A stretch of 64,000 bases of DNA, from the NCBI GenBank assembly GCA_013239625.1, contig MU053376.1, positions 334,833-398,832 on the forward strand, written 5' to 3'. Under the pieces are notes generated by a model that did not search any database, was not told where the DNA came from, and saw nothing but the letters and a program-made list of their open reading frames with translations. Shown piece by piece: positions 62,894 through 64,000 of this stretch; positions within the stretch are counted from its first letter, which is position 1, and every line of letters begins with the position of its first letter. The position numbers and the translations under genes were made by a program. Source of the DNA: Lama guanicoe (Eukaryota).

Positions 62894-63061
62894 TGCCTGA
62901 AGTTGAAGAGCGGGGTAGTGACCCAGCCCAGGGCTTCGGGCACCCGCCGCTGCTTATTGGCCTCCGAGGAGCTCCCGGGTGGGGGGATGGGGAGAGCATG
63001 GAGAGTGACACACAGCAGCGTCTCCCGAGGCAGTCGGTTCACCTGCACGGGGAAGCAGATC
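62894..63061 (-). CDS. PIK3C2B: PIK3C2B exon (PI3K-type C2), most 5' exon in the window: ICFPVQVNRLPRETLLC...PLFNFR(Q)
   Basis: TAG|G ... CA|GTATGT; 168 nt. The 21 exons total 2839 nt in one uninterrupted frame; the gene continues off the right edge. Confidence 0.95.
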
Positions 63062-64000
63062 CTAGAGAGGACAGGAAACCCAATCAGGAAGTGCCACCCC
63101 TGAGGCCTCAAGGGGCATGTGGCCCAGAAAGTCAAGCTGAGAACGCGGCTTCCTGGCATGCTCCCTGGGTAAGTCTTCCTGCAGAACCAGGACAGATCCC
63201 AAGCTGCAGGCAAAACTTCCACTGGACGCCCCCAGGAGCTCAGTCTAAGTGTTCCTGCAGCCTCTCGGTGGAGTGAGGCAAACGTCCGTTGATCTGGGGG
63301 CTACCCACGGTGACCAGAGCCATCTCAGAGTTCAGGTGACCACCTGTCCCACAGTCAGTGATACTCCTTCCCTTATTTCAAGATTTCTGCAGAGGGTCAC
63401 CTTTTGACAGTCCTTCTCCACTGAATAATCTCTATGCCTCCCCCACCTCCTGCTGCCCAGAGCAACCAGGAAGCAGCCGCAGGTCCCTGCCGTCGGCTCC
63501 CCTCCCCCACAGCCTTCCCACCTGTCTGTCCTCTCCCGTCCCCTTCTTCCCCTAACCCACAGGACGTAAGAGAGCTTGCTCTCACCCAGAAACGGTTTTC
63601 CAAGCCAAAGGGATAAAGAAAGGGGACTCCTCCAAGTCCCCGGGGGGTGAGAAAGCAAACTGGCAGGGCCCAAAGACCTGAGATACAGACGCCCTCGCCA
63701 GCACCCAAGCCCAGACGGCCTCTCCCAGGCTCCCACGCTGAATCACACCCGGCCACTCCCTCCACGTCCAGGATAAGGAGTCCAGGGTGGGGTGAGGGGG
63801 AAGGGAGGGGAGCTGGGGAAAGCAGGGAGGACCGACATTACCTTTCGGGGAAGCTGTCCCTGGGCCAACGTCCATACTGTCACACCCTTCTGGCCAGCCC
63901 AGGGCCCAGCAGCTTCTACGCCAGAGGGCACAGAGGCAGGGCGGCCTCCCTCGAGGTTAGCAGTTCCATGATCAAGCAGCCTCCCTCCACCGCTGCCCCG

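Overview
This is mammalian genomic DNA, most likely camelid, judging from several tRNA-derived vic-1-type SINEs and cetartiodactyl-type L1 3' ends. It appears syntenic to the human PLEKHA6-PPP1R15B-PIK3C2B block, with all three genes on the minus strand. From left to right it holds: (1) the CpG-island promoter and first two coding exons of the long WW-domain isoform of PLEKHA6, which continues off the left edge; (2) a repeat-rich intergenic stretch (L2, L1, MLT1, MIR, hAT); (3) the complete two-exon PPP1R15B/CReP gene (718 aa, two uORFs, long 3' UTR with let-7 sites); and (4) the last 21 coding exons and 3' UTR of PIK3C2B. I traced every splice junction by hand; all are GT-AG and phase-compatible. 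Gene and repeat names come from recall of known sequences, not database searches. Most ORFs in the supplied track are spurious or are exon fragments read into introns. I see no convincing wholly new biological system. The best second-look items are the WW exons with a SINE inserted near the exon 2 branch point, an intron-retention form of PPP1R15B that rebuilds an RVxF motif, a candidate divergent antisense first exon, a UG/GTAAGT cluster in the PPP1R15B intron, and divergent CTCF sites flanking PPP1R15B.
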